Both the position numbers and the translations under genes were made by a program. This document shows, piece by piece, positions 1 to 14,142 of a DNA stretch of 64,000 bases; within the stretch, counting starts at the first letter, position 1, and the number at the start of each line of letters is the position of its first letter. The notes under the pieces are model-generated. The model was not told where the DNA came from and did not search any database. It saw nothing but the letters and a program-made list of their open reading frames with translations. The stretch lies in contig CM059431.1 in assembly GCA_030390025.1 (NCBI GenBank), positions 125,056,001 to 125,120,000 on the forward strand. The letters are read 5' to 3'. This DNA comes from Squalus acanthias (lineage: Eukaryota).

Positions 1-1351
1 GTTAGCACCTGAACACGCTGCCAAAAATTGCCACCCTGATCTGGAAGAAATAACCAGGTTCAGTCAAAGTCGTCAGGTGCTTCCTGATTTACTTTGGGGT
101 GAGGAGGGGAGGAAACTTGAGGCTATATTCTCTTGTGCATTCTTTCTATTCACTTCAAAATTACTAATTCACCTGGCATTTCTGCGATGGTTCTATCGAT
201 CTCCCACCGTAACTTCAGCGGTAGATCGGTAGACTCCCCAGACAAAAGGTGCACATAGTTGTTTACACCATTTTTTTGGGGTTCCCACCGAAGTTGCAGT
301 GGGAGATCGGGAGAACTCCCATGAAAATTTGTTTGCTGCATGCCTGGTGTTATCCTATTACACTTTATTTATAAGAGATTTTTAGCTTTCAGCTGATCAA
401 TGATTTAACTTTATTATAGCAGAGAACACTCCTTGACAGCATAAAGATGAGTCAAGCGAATGAAAAAGATTATATTGTGCCACAAAAAATTATGACTGCC
501 ATTAAAATATATAAGATCAATCCAATAAATCAAATTATTATTCAGATAAGCTAGTGACCTAAATCTTCTTTTCCACAGATTAAAGTGTAGAAACAAGAGA
601 ACACAGATATAACTGCAAGTATGCCAGAAACCTTTACTCATGTAATTTTGAATTATAAAGCCAAGGGGATTTTTCTATCAGAAAAAAATGGTAGTTGTCA
701 AATCTTTGGTATTTTGCATAATATATACAGACTCTGCTTCAACATATAACATTAAGGATGGATATGTTCTTGTGGTTTGATCATTAGCCATCTGCCTATA
801 CTTGGCTGTGTATTCATGTTCAGACATTTACCATATGTTGTCTTCTCATTTATGTGACAGAATTTTCCGTGACTGCAGTTTTATATGACTCTTCTTCTAA
901 CCTAGTCGGTCCTCTCTCAGATGTATATATTGATGAGTTGGAAGTGATCTTCCAGATGCTGGCCACCTTTGCTCTTGGCACAAGCAATGATTTTGCACGG
1001 TCCAGTGGATCAGTAAACTCTGATGGGTAGTCAAGCATACAGTGAATCAAAATGATTTCCAACTTCTGGCCAACATTTAGGGAAACTGCAATAAAAATAA
1101 AGACAATTCATTGTCACCAAGAATTTGCATAATTAAAGCATCTCAGAAATTAGAGTTGATAGCTAAAGAGCTAACTCTTTCATGATATCTTTGGTCCTCA
1201 TGCAGATATCTAACCAGGACTGTGAAATCTTCTGCAGAAAAAATCATCTTACAAATCATAACATGTTGCATATTGTAAAAGAAAGTTAAACTTTGTACAG
1301 AAATATAACAAAACTGACAAACTATATTAACTTTGAGTTAAAGTAAGTCTA

Positions 1352-2622
1352 TTTTTTTTATTCATTCACGGGATGTGGGCACCGCTGGCAAGGTCAGCAT
1401 TTATTGCCCATCCCTAATTGCCCTTCAGAAGGTGGTGGTGAGCTGCCTTCTTGAACCGCTGCAGTCCATGTGGTGAAAGTACTCCCACAGTGCTGTTAGG
1501 GAGGGAATTCCAGGATTTTGACCCAGCAACGATGACGGAACAGCAATATATTTCCAAGTCAGGATGGTGTGTGACTTGGACAGGAGCTTGGAGGTGGTGG
1601 TGTTCCCATGCACCTGCTGCCCTTGTCCTTCTAGGTGGTAGAGGTCGCGGATTTGGGAGGTGTTGTCGAAGAAGCCTTGGTGAGTTGTTGCAGTACATCT
1701 TGTAGATGGTACACACTGCACACTGCAAACACGGTGTGCCGGTGGTGGAGAGAGTGAATGTTTAAGGTAGTGGATGGGGTGCCAATTCTGCTTTTCCCTG
1801 GATGGTGTCGAGCTTCTTGAGTGTTGTTGGAGCTGCACTCATCCAGGCAAGTGGAGAGTATTCCATCACACACCTGACTTATGCCTTGCAGATGGTGGAA
1901 AGGCTTTGGGGTGTCAGGAGGTGAGTCACTTGCCGTAGAATGTCCTGCCTCTGACCTGCTCTTGTAGCCACAGTATTTATGTGGCTGGTCCAGTTATGTT
2001 ACTGGTCAATGGTGACCCCCCAGGATGTTGACGGTGGGGGAATTTGATGATAGTAATGCCGTTGAATGTAAAGGGGAGGTTGTAGACTTTCTCTTGTTGC
2101 AGATAGTCATTGCCTGGCACTTGTATGACGCGGATGTTACTTGCCACTTATCAGCCCAAGCCTGAATGTTGTCCAGGTCTTGTTGCATGCGGGCACGGAA
2201 TGCCTCATTATCTGAGGAGTTGAGAATGGAACTGAACACTGTGCAATCATCAGCGAACATCCCCACTTTTGACCTTATGATAGAGAGAAGGTCATTGGTG
2301 AAGCAGCTGAAGATGGTTAGGCCTAGGACACTGCCCTGAGGAACTCCTGCAGCGATGTCCTGGGGCTGTGATGATTGACCTCCAACAACCACAACCATCT
2401 TCCTCTGTGCTAGGTATGACTCCAGCCAGTGGAGAGTTTTTCCCCTGATTCCCATTGACTTCAATTTTACTAGGGCTCCTTGATGCCACACTCGGTCAAA
2501 TGCTGCCTTGATGTCAAGGGCAGTCACTCTCACCTCACCTCTGGAATTCAGATCATTTGTCCATGTTTGGACCAAGGCTATAATGAGTTCTGGAACGAGT
2601 GGTCCTGGCGGAAACCAAACTG
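1352..2622 (-). mobile_element. 5'-truncated CR1/Zenon-like non-LTR retrotransposon, copy A (RT and 3' end)
   Basis: ORF 2006-2575 has the RT motifs ALDIKAAFDRVWH, GVPQGSVLG and MFADD. The A-rich 3' tail is shared with copies B, C and D. Confidence 0.9.
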
Positions 2623-4036
2623 AAGTTCATAATAGCAATTGGTAGTTTCACACATTGCTGCTCCTGCTTGAGAAAAATTTACCACTATGGGTAGAACTAT
2701 TCTGGTCACAATGTGTAGCAACACTGAACATGCCTTCAAAAAGAATGTCTATAATTTCACTACATGTTGTAGCCAGGACAGTAATCCTCTTCAGAAGATC
2801 CTTAGGCTGAATGGGTAGAGGTGGAGTAGCAGAACATTGCGGTTTCTTTGGTGAGGAGGTGCTCGGCTGAAATGCGGAGGAATTTTGCCGGGATGAGTGG
2901 GTGCCCATTTCTACCGCTGTGGTATGAATTAGGTATCACAGCATTACGCTATGGGAAATTTTTGACTTGCCTTAATGCACTCAAGTACAACATCTCCAAT
3001 GTCTCTAAGCATTTCTCTACTCCAGAAACCAGCAAGATCAAAGTTGTGAGTCATCTGCCCAGTTGCCGGCTGTATAATGCCTTCAACTACGATCTATCAT
3101 TTAGCCACTTAGAAGGAAGATTTCATTTGTTTGCCATTTTCAGCAAAGTTCTAATTTTGTGCACAAAGAACACGTTTATAATTTTTGGTACAAATATCAA
3201 AACAAAATATCGTACCAAAAAATTTGAAGTTCGGAAAATTCTGTTGACTTTATATTGTGAGGGTCATGTCATCAAACTATAAACTAACCATAAAATTGTG
3301 AACATTTGCTGAGCAATCATATTTTGACCATATTTTATCAGATCCTGATGCAAGTAAAGGATCCCTGGTGTGCTATTGTATAGGAGTGGGCAAAACCAAT
3401 TGACTGCTTCATCCTTGTCCATATAAAATTTACTTATTTCTCAATTTAAATACAGGTTCTTTGAAAAAAATATTTTGAACATTTTATTATATCTGTTACC
3501 AAATCAATGTTGCTATTGCCAACTAATTCATTTTAGTGTGCAGTAGACTCCTCTAGGTACTGCGACCAGGCAATTCAGCAGTGATAAACAACTCCCCATG
3601 CAGAGTCAGTGAAATAAGGATAGCCAAGTTGATGTAAAGGGCCTGACTGTATGTAATTCTTCAATTCACTTGTTACACGCAATGTTCTGTTACAGTACAG
3701 ATGGAGTTCAATTTTTTCCTGTTTGATTATATTTTCACTGAAAATTTCACAATAATTTTTTCAGCATTTTCCACTGAATTTTCTGATATCACCATTTGAT
3801 TCTCACTCAGTCCTTCTCTGTGAGGAAACACTCCTGATTGGTTACTCCACTTTGAGCGCACAGTACCAACTCATGATGCGAGTGCAACTCCATGTCCCAT
3901 CACTACAGCTGAAATGGGCTGATATGACAATGAGCTATGCAACCCAGCTGTGGGATGGCGATTTAGTTTTTGACGCCCAGTTTTGTGACCCTTATAACCT
4001 CCTTTCCTGGAAACTATGTCTAATGCTGAGGTAGAG

Positions 4037-7000
4037 CATAAGAACATAAGAAATAAGAGCAGGAGTAGGCCATTTGGCCTTTTGAGCCTGCTCCGACATT
4101 CAATAAGATCATGGCTGATTTTCTACCTCATCTCCACTTTCCTGCACTATCCCCATATCCATTGATTCCCTTAAAATCCAAAAATCTATCGATCTCTGTC
4201 TTGAATATACTCAATGACTGAGCCTCTACAACCCTCTGTGGTAGAAAATGCCAAAGATTCACCACCCTCTGAGTGAAGAAATTTCTCCTCATCTCAGTCC
4301 TAAATGGCTTACCCCTTATTCTGAGGCTGTGACCCCTGGTTCTAGACTCCCCAGCCAGGGGAAACATCCTCCCTGCATCTACACTGTCAAGCCCTGTAAG
4401 AATTGTGTATGTTTCAATGAGATCACCTCTCATTCTTCTAAACTCCAGAAAATATAGGCCTAGTCTACTCAATCTCTCCTGATAGGACAACCCCCCCATC
4501 CCAGGAATAAATCTGGTGAACCTTTGTTGTACTCCCTATATGGCAAGTATATCCTTCCTTAGGTAAGGAGACCAAAACTGTACACAAGGGCCCTATATAA
4601 TTGCAGTAAGATGTCTTTACTCTTATACTCAAATCCTCTTGTAATAAAGGCCAACATACCATTTGCTTTCCTAATTGCTTGCTGTACCTGCATGTTAACC
4701 TTCAGTTATTTGTGTTACAAGGACAGTCAGGTCCCTCTGAACACCAACATGTCCCAATCTCTCACCATTTAAAAATTACTCTGCTTTTCTATTTTTCCTA
4801 CCAAAGTGGATGACTTCACATTTCTCCACATTATATTCCATTTGCCATGATCTTGTCCACTCACTTAGCTTGTCTATATCCCCTTGAAGCCTCCTTGCAT
4901 CCTCCTCACCACTTACATTCCCACCCAGCTTTGTATCATCAGCAAACCTGGATATATTACATTTGGTCCCCTCATCCAAATCATTGATATAGTACCCCAC
5001 TAGTTACAGTCTGCCAACCTGAAAATGACCCGTTTATTCCTAATCTCTGTTTTCTTTCAGTTAACCAATCCTCAATCCATGCTAGTATATTACTCCCAAT
5101 CCCATGAGCCCTAATTTTGTTTAAGGTGTCTGGCACCTTATCGACTGCCTTCTGAAAATCCAAATACACCACATCCACTGGTTCCCCCTTATCTATTCTG
5201 TTAGTTACAACCTCAAAAAACTCTAACAGATTCATCAACGCGATTTCCTATTCATAAATCCGTGCTGACTCTGCCCAATCCTATTATTATTTTCTAAGTT
5301 CCCTGCTACCACGTCCTTAATAATAGATTCTAGCATTTTCCCTACTACTGATGCCAGGCTAACTGGTCTATAGTTCCCCGTTTCTCTCTCCCTCCTTTCT
5401 TAAATAGTGGGGTTACATTTGCTGCCTTCCAATCCACGGGAACCATTCTAGAATCTATGGAATTTTGGAAAATGACAACCAATGCATTCACTATCTCTAT
5501 AGCCACCTTTTTCAAAACCCTAGGATGTAGGCCATCAGGTCCAGGGGATTTATCGGCTTTCAGTCCCACTAATTTCTCCAGCACTATTTTTTTACTAATA
5601 CTAATTTCTTTCAATTCCTCATTCTCGCTAGAACCTTGGTTCTCCACTAGTTCCAGGAAGCTTTTTGTGTCTTCTTCCGTGAAGACAGACACAAAGGGCT
5701 GGATTTTCTTTGCGGAGGCGGGATGACGGCGGGATAGCTGGTTGCCGGGTTTCGGTCCCGCTCACAGCTGCAGCCACTCTGTCAACGGAATTTTCCCTTG
5801 ATTGGCCTTGTTAAGCCCGTCCTGCGGGCTTCCTGGCCAATTAACAGGAAGCGTGTCTGATGACGTCATCTGATGACGCATCATCAGCTGGTTTCCTTAA
5901 AGGGACCATGTTCACAATCATTTTGACAGTTGTGCTGTCAGTGTTCTGCAGCATTGAGGTGCTGCAAACACTGACAAGCACTGCACAAAGGTGCACGTCT
6001 GCACCCCGGCTCACGCATGACTCCCTCCATATGCTTATGGAGGGAGTCACAGCCCGCAGGGAGATTCTCTTCCCTTCCCATGGGCGGAAGAGAATCTTCG
6101 TAGGAGATCAATGAAGTCTGGTTGCACATTGCACAGCAGGACACAAGCAGGGATGTCGTCAGGAGTGCCAGGCTGCAGTGGCACAGGCCTTTCAATGATT
6201 TCAGTAGATCACAAAATATTACTGCCAAGCCACACTCAAACTCACCCTGCTGTGCCACTCATCACATCCCCATCACTCTGCCTTCCCTACCCTACTCCTG
6301 CACATCTTACTCACACCAACTTACCTTGCCCCTCCAACCCTCCCTCTCTATCTACATTGTCACTTCCCCATCTCATTAGCCACCCCTCACACTCACCCTC
6401 ATCCTACTGCAAGCATACCAACTAACAACACACAAGGGTAGACACTTGAGAGGTTTAGCCAATGTTCATGTGAAGTTTCTGGTAATGTGTTGTCATACAG
6501 TGAAATCTATATTTTCAACACTTCACCCTACTGGCAGATCTGTGCGCACCTTGAGAATTGTCTTACTGAGTTCTAGTAAATGTTGAGACATAACTTCCTC
6601 CCCACCACCCGCACCCCCCACCTCCCCACGCCCCCCCCCCCCCCCCAACTATAGTGATGAGTGTGAATGGAATGGCTTGGACATTAAAGGGATGCTTTAT
6701 GGTGCTGGTGTGGGATGGTGTCAACCTGGCGCATCATGTGTCAGCCAGGGTTTACAATGCAATATGTATAATAAATGCAGTAACCAACATTTTCTGCACT
6801 CTGAAACTGAACATCTGCAACATGGCATCCTTTACACCACTTCTGCAGCTGTCAGCTTATCAGATACATCAAAGCAGACTCAACTCACGACAGAGTGAGC
6901 TGGCATGTTCCCCGAGCAGCGGGTAACTCATGGGGGAGCACGTAAAATTGGAAGGTAGCTTCAAAATAGCATTAAATTGGCTGTTAACAAGCCCTTTAAT

Positions 7001-7950
7001 GAATTGAATTGTCTCCCCCGCCACTTGGTGTCGGGTCAGTTCTCCGCAGACAGACCCGACACCTGGGAGACTCATGTGGAGGTGGGTTGACAGCAGGTTT
7101 CCTACCCGTTGTCAATCTTTGCTATTTTCACAGCAGACTGCCTCCATACCCCCCCTCTGATCTCTGGCAAAATCCAGCCCAAAGTATTTGTTTAATTTCC
7201 CTGCCATTTCATTATTCCCCATTAAAATTTCTCCTGTCTCAGCCTGTAAGGGACCCACATTTATTTTCACTAATCTTTTCCTTTTTACATACCTATAGAA
7301 GCTTTTACAGTCTGTTTTTATGTTTCTCGCTAGTTTACTCTCATATTCTATTTTCCCTTTCTTTATTCATTTCTTCGTCCTCCTTTTCCTGAATTCTAAA
7401 ACCTCCCAATCCTCAGACTTACTACTCTTTTTGGCAGCATTATAAGCCTCTTCTTTTGATCCAATAACTTCTCTTGTTAACCACGGTTGGACCACTTTTC
7501 CTGTAGGGTTTTTGTGCCTTATAGGAATGTATATTTGTTGTAAATTAGGTTTTAATTCTTTAAATGCTAGCCTTTGCTTCTCTACTGTCATACCTTTTAA
7601 TGTAGTTTCCCAATCTACCTTAGCCAACTCACCCCTCATAGTTACGTCATTTGCTTTGTTTAGATTTAAGACCCTAGTTTTGGAATTAACTAAATCACTT
7701 TCAAACTCAATATAATATTCTATTATATCATGGTCACTCTTCCCTAAAGTCCCCTTTACTACAAGGTTATTAATTAACCCTTTCTCGTTGCATAACACTA
7801 GATCCAAAATAGCCTGTTCCCTAGTTGGTTCCTCAACATACTGATCTAGAAAACTATCTTGCATACATTCCATGAATTCGTCCTCCACACTATAACTGCA
7901 AATTTGGTTTGCCCAGTCTATATGTAGATTAAAGTCCCCCATGATTACTG
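4037..7950 (-). mobile_element. Decayed CR1 LINE ORF2 (endonuclease and RT), interrupted by a Harbinger derivative
   Basis: EN motifs GDFN, LDLVL and SDH in ORF 7367-7942; KSPGPDG, YLDFQKA and FADDTK; C-terminal RRMRGDLIETY...NFFTQRVVNLW; (CATAAGAA)n tail at about 4037. Frameshifts and a deletion near 4990. Confidence 0.9.
5696..7180 (+). mobile_element. Non-autonomous PIF/Harbinger element retaining part of the Myb/SANT gene
   Basis: Perfect 12-bp TIR GGGCTGGATTTT/AAAATCCAGCCC; AAA TSD (5693-5695 and 7181-7183); the CR1 rejoins when it is removed. Encodes APRLTHDSLHMLMEGVTARREILFPSHGRKR, homologous to the exon at 57185. Confidence 0.88.
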
Positions 7951-8290
7951 TGTGAAGGAATAAGCCATATAACCTATTCAGAAAAATACACTATCTTATG
8001 AAAGAATTCTGGTCTTTTTAAAACATGACAAAGTGGGTTTGGAAATTTAGAAACCTAACAATGAAATAGCTATGAAAGAATTCTGGCTATTGAGATAAGA
8101 CAGTTGTTGACCCTGAATAAATAATCTTATTGAAACAGAAGGTGCATTGGTCCGACAGGCTGACCTTTGGGAACAAAAAAAAGGTTCACCCTAGATAAGG
8201 TGTTCTAATTTAAACTTTGTAAAGATGGCACATAAGATAAGGAACATCTGCCCTCATAAAGATGACATAAAATAAGGAACACCTGCCTTT
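7951..8290. mobile_element. Possible LTR fragment
   Basis: Starts with TGTG where the CR1 ends abruptly and contains a direct repeat of about 30 bp (8221-8251 and 8258-8288). No second end or TSD seen. Confidence 0.25.
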
Positions 8291-8302
8291 CAAGCCTTTG
8301 GA

Positions 8303-8365
8303 GTGGGAATTAAACCCACACCTTCTGACTCAGAGGCTAGAGAGCGATCTCTGAGCCACGGCTGA
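8303..8365 (-). mobile_element. tRNA-derived head of a Deu-domain SINE (fragment)
   Basis: The reverse complement matches the 5' heads of the SINEs at 20400 and 41475. Confidence 0.6.
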
Positions 8366-9377
8366 CACATTGACATAGCAGTAGCACAGACTTTCACTTT
8401 AACCACTACATCCACATTTTAGACGTGTGCTGATCATTTGAAAAACCTTTAGCCTTTCTCAAAAATACACAAGGTAGCCCATATTCATGCATGAAGCTTC
8501 TAAATTCCAAGGAAATCTTTCAGTGATTGTGGGCGGAGCCAGAAAAAAGACTGCACCAATACATTTGCAAGCTGCGTGTTCTCACATTCTTATTTTGAAA
8601 GGCCGACTAACCAATTACATAGTAATGGCAGCGATCATGAAACATTTACCATTTCACTAATTTCCTTATAAGTAAACCCACAACCGAAGGGAGAGGTGAA
8701 CAGTTGTTAGCAGTTTCCCAACCTAAATCGGCTAACCTAACTCGAGGAAAGGATCCCAGTGTTCATGCATGTGGTCAATTTGTATCTCTAGGTTAGTACC
8801 CACCATTGCTGGTTTTTCTTCCCTCCATGCATTTGTCACACACTTGGGCATTCTATCAATAGGAAACATAACAGGCACCAGAATATGATAGCACATGTTG
8901 GCAAGTAACATTTATTACAAGGAACGTGTTGCTGATACGAAGGAATCCTTGTTATTATTTTACTTCAGTAGGTATGGCTGACGTACAGTAAGCTGTCAGG
9001 CCTGAAGATGCAATGCCTTCCACCTAATAACACATGCTGGCACACACTTCAGCTCAGTAATCAGAAGACCTGGAACATGCACTCCTGGGGATTCTGAGTC
9101 AAAGTTAGAGCAGGGAGCACTGAGTGAAACACATAGCAGGAGTGAGGAAGTACAAATGCAGTTGGCATCAGATGAGTGGGAAGGAGTTGCCCAGATGGCA
9201 AGTGCAAGTCTACCCTCAGCTGTCGAGTTCTGGGATTGGTGCCATCCAGAGCCTATAAACAAAAGAATGCTGCTTTCTGAACATTGCCAATTCATTGGGT
9301 CCATTCAATAAGTTTTACTAGCATGGACAGAGCCACCCTAGTCATGTATAAGACTCAACAAAATTCTGAGTTGCAGT

Positions 9378-10640
9378 CAACAACAACTTGTATTTATATA
9401 GCGCCTTTAACATAGTAAAATGTCCCAAGCAGTTTCACAGGAGTGTGACAAAGCAAAATTTGACACCAAGCCACATAAGGAGAAATTAGGGCAGATGACC
9501 AAAAGCTTGGTCAAAGAGGTAGGTTTTAAGGAACATCTTAAAGGAGGAAAGAGAGGTAGAGAGGCAGAAAGGTTTAGGGAGGGAATTCCAGAGCACAGCC
9601 TAGGCAGCTGAAGGCACGGCTGCCAATAGTTGAGCGATTAATATCAGGGATGCTCAAGAGGCCAGAATTAGAGGAGCGCAGATATCTTGGAGGGTTATGG
9701 GGCTGGAGGAGATTATAGAGATAGGGAGGGATTTGAAAACAAGGATGAGAATTTTAAAATCGAGGCGTTGCTTAACCGGGAGCCAATGTAGGTCAGCGAG
9801 CACAGGGGTGATGGGTGAATGGGACTTGGTGCGAGTTAGGACATGGGCAGCTGAGTTTTGGATGACCTCAAGTTTACATAGGGTAGTACGTGGGAGGCCA
9901 GCCAGGGGTGCATTGGAATAGTCAAGTCTAGAGGAAACAAGGGCATGGATGAGGATTTCAGCAGCAGATGAGCTGAAGCAGGGGCGGAGACTGGCAATGT
10001 TACGGAGGTGGAAATAGGCAGTCTTAGTTATGGCGCGGATATGTGATCCGAAGCTCACTTCAGAGTCAAATATAACACCAAAGTTTCGAAATGTCTGGTT
10101 CAGCCTCAGACAGATGCTAGGGAGAGGGATGGAGTTGGTGGCTACGGAACTGAGTGTGTGGCAGGGACCAAAGACAATGCCTTCGGTCTTCATAATATTT
10201 AGTTGAAGTAAATTTCTGCTCATCCAGTACTGGATGTCGGACAAGCAGTCTGACAATTTAGAGACCGTGGGGGGATTGAGAGAAGTGGTGAGGTAAAGCT
10301 GGGTGTCGTCAGTGTACGTGTGGAAACTGATGCTGTGTTTTCGGATGATGTCGCCGAGGGGCAACATGTAGATGAGAGATAGGAGAGGGCCAAGGATAGA
10401 TCCTTGAGGGACACCAGAGGTAACGATGCGGGAAGAGAAGCCATTGCAGGTGCTTCTCTGGCTATGATTAGATAAATAAGAATGGAACCAAGCGAGTGCA
10501 GTCCCACCCAGCTGGACCACGGTGGAGAGATGTTGGAGGAGGATGGAGTGGTCAACCGTGTCAGAGGCTGCAGACAGGTCGAGAAGGATGAGGAGGGATC
10601 GTTTACCTTTGCCACAGTCACATAGGATGTCATTCGAGTC
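9378..10640 (-). mobile_element. L2-clade LINE, 5'-truncated
   Basis: ORF 9654-10520 has GVPQGSILGP, YTDDTQLY, SRLDYSN and LHWLPVKQR; (CAA)n-type tail at about 9378. Confidence 0.9.
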
Positions 10641-10856
10641 TCTAGAGTTCTGTTTACAATTTTGGTCACCATAATACAGGCATTAGCAGGCTCCCATCCA
10701 GAGAAATGCCATCAAGAAGGATCCCAGCGGTGCTCAGGAGGGAGATGCAGCAGTGATGCAGTGGGACACCTGCTGCAGCAAAAGAAGAGGAGTGAACCTA
10801 TTCAAAGGGGGCCTAAGTCCTCCAAAAACTGCATCAAATTCTTCACTGAAGACTTC

Positions 10857-10985
10857 AGAACATAAGAACATAAGAAATAGAAGCAGGAGTAGGCCATTCG
10901 GCCCTTCGAGCCTACTCCACCTTCAATAAGATCATGGCTGATCTTCTACCTCAACTCCACCTTCCCTCACTATCCCCATAGTCCT
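10857..10985 (-). mobile_element. CR1 3' tail fragment
   Basis: Near-identical to 4037-4160, including the CATAAGAA repeats. Confidence 0.8.
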
Positions 10986-13680
10986 TGGTCAGACTGAACG
11001 AAAGCCTTAGAGAGGTGGGACTTTAATGGACGGCAAGGAGGCTACTACTAGACCCTCTCCCTCCAATCAATGACTTAGGAGGCTTTTAGCTGATACCCAG
11101 GGCTAATTGCCACTTATCTCCTGGTGACCTTTGGAGTTGGCAGTATGAGCGCTGGTAAGTAGGGAAATCAGGCAGCTTGCTGGACCCCGCATCCCAGCTA
11201 TCATGTACATGCACCGGGGCAGTGTAGGGGTGGCCAGTAGCCTGCCCGGCTGGGGTGTGGGGAGGAAGTTAGAGCTTAAGGCAAGGATGAGCAGTAGTCC
11301 CCTCCACCAAATCTTCCCACACTTTCTGCTCCTATATTGCTCAATTTGGAGTATTAAAGCAGAGGAAAATACAACTCTTAGTCTAAAAAATATGAACAAA
11401 AATATGAATCTCCATAACTACAAAGGTGACTATACTCTTGTACTATTGGGTACTTGTTTTGATTATCATTCAAATAAACATTAAGCATTATGCTATGAAA
11501 CTCAGCCACCCAGGAGTGGAAAAAATGCATTTGCAAGGGATTCTAAATTGAAAGGTCTGGGAATAAAGAGCAAATGTTTTATTTATTCCACCCCACAAAA
11601 ATCTTCTGCTTTCATCCACTGCATTGAAGAGATTAATTTTCTAATTTCCTGATGTTGTGCAAATCTACCGTGAAAAAAACAATTTTATCGTACAATTGCA
11701 AGCTTCTAATTACCATTTGCTTTTTGTTTTATGTCTTATATTATGTTTATTAACATTCTGCGCTGCAGAGCTTTAACCAATGGAGCAGATATGAAATTTT
11801 GTTTGAGATTATCACTGCTCACAGCCAGGATTGTGACATGCTCAATGTGTCATTGGTGTGACTAAGCTAAATCAGCTTATATTGGAACATGTTCTCTGTT
11901 TAGTTCCAAGTCACCGTTCAAGGCTTTGCAGCACTATGATTTGATGGTATGTCTGCAATGAGCTAGTTAGCATTTGATTGCTTAAAATATGCAAGCCAAG
12001 TCTGTCTCAGATATGGTTAACAAAATTGATTTTTAGGTAAACTAATTTTTCTTTATAACTCAATTTCAACAGACAGTGAACTTGTCCTGAGTAAGATTAA
12101 GTATAACCTTAATTAAATAAATTCCTACCAGATTGAAACAGGCAGAAGCCTCATTAATCTATGCAAATTGTATGATGTACATAAGACCTCCCCCCCCGCC
12201 ATAGAACTTTAAAGTTCCAGTGTGTGGTGTGTGCACTGCTTAAGCTCCACTCAGTGGAACTCAATGCTTAACCAGCGGCCGCTCTGAAAACACTCCAGTT
12301 AAGTTCATTTAACAGTTTTTGTGGGGCCAGAGATGCATGAATGCTCTTTCTGGCCCCACAAAATTCATCAAGCCTGCTGCTAGACCCTCCGTGCCCTCCC
12401 CTCATCGTGATCGCCTTCCACCTTCATTTAAATACTGTTGGCTTGGCTCCACGGTGGAGCCATTGGATTTACCATCCCCCAACACCCCATTCCCGATCGG
12501 CAAGCTGCCTGTCAGCGCTCCAAGCATATGGGCATTTTGCTGAGAATATTTCAACGCGCCCCCAACCACCAAATTGGTTCAGGCCTCTGGCAAAGTTCAT
12601 CAGCCGGATGGTGAGCCTGATGGATGAGGTCACATGACAGTCGACCCCATTGTACTTACAAGCAGTAGTAAAAAGCTTAATGGATGTCGAAGAATGGAGA
12701 AGGTCGGTTTGTTCGGAAATTATCTATCACTAACAGCAATCTTGAAAATATGTTGTGTACTGAAATGAAGCCCAATTACATCCTGGAAAAGTTAAAGCCG
12801 CCAATATAAGTTGTTCGAGAGATCAGCGTGAAACTCAGTGAAATCTTTTGGCTTTCTTTCATGCTTATCAGTCTGTCATGCATTTCATATTACTCCAGGG
12901 ATCAATTATTCATAAATAGAAGAAGAACGTACAGCATTTCTAACCTTTCCGAATCAGTCAGTGTGAATGTGTAAGATCACTGTTCCATTTTAACATGGCT
13001 CTGTAGACACTGGGCTGGGGGAGTCCCTTGTTTTTGCTAAATTACCAATCTATTCTGCAAGTTCTAATATTGCTATGATCTATTTATTGTGTCACACTGT
13101 ACCAAGCACCTTCAAGATTCCCTAGTTAACATTATTATTCAACTTAGCATTCATTAATCAAAATCTAAAAGCACCATGTAACAGATATCAACAGAAGAAC
13201 TATACTGTAGAATAGCTCGCAATATTTACTATTTCTTCAGTTACTGAAAACCGATGGCAAATTAACCAAATTAACCATTAAATGTATGTCGGCATAGCAC
13301 AATACCATGTAACAACTGGACTATTAATCAAAATTGGCCCATTTCAGGTTAATTTTAGGTCACTTACATCATCACCACCTCTGCCCCCATTTCCAACATC
13401 AACCACAACCATTTATATTGCACTGTTAATGGAACGGACATCCCAAGGCATTTACAGATAGCCGTATGGAAAATGGATACAGAGCCAAAAGGGAAAGGTT
13501 GATGGGGGTGTGCTGGAAAGGTTGGTCAAAGAGATGAGTTTTGAGAAGATTTTTAAAGGAGGACAGGCAGAGAGGTGCAGGCAAGAAATTCCAGAAAGTC
13601 AGACTCAGGCAGTTGAAAGGTCTGCTGTCAATGATGGTGTAAAGGGCAGGGGGTGCACGAAAAACAGTCAGAGGAACAAG

Positions 13681-14142
13681 GGGCTAGAAATTCGATCGGG
13701 CTGCCCCCCATTTTACAGGCTTAAAGCTGGTGCGTAAGGGTCCAATATGGCAGACAACTATGCCAGAAGTGCGTCGTCCGTGATATTGGATTGGGCTGCT
13801 CAGTAGGCATCCGGGGTGCATATTTGAAACTGTCATTGGGCCCAAAGCATGTTTAACCCCCCTTGGAGAAATTGGTTTGCAACTGCAACCGTGCATGCTG
13901 CGATCAGTTTGTTCAGGTGCTTAGCAGCCAAACCAATGGTCTTAAAAGGGACCGCTGGAGACTAGCACCAAAAAGATAAGTTTCATGTTCTTTACTTATT
14001 TCCCAGTTCCACATTAAAGCCGTGGAGCAGTGAATGGCGACTTAATGAGGCCGGTGGGCCAATTTACCGTGGCCTCATTAGGTGCGTGCAGCGAGCACTG
14101 CAACAGGATCACGTCCCAATTCAAGCATGATCAAATTTCTAG
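13681..14142. mobile_element. MITE, probably Harbinger-derived
   Basis: Terminal inverted repeat GCTAGAAATTCGATC / GATCAAATTTCTAGC; interrupts the L2. Confidence 0.65.

Noticed and set aside
2648..3282. Overlapping ORFs of 86 and 144 aa as host exons
   Set aside because: No recognisable domain and no convincing splice sites.
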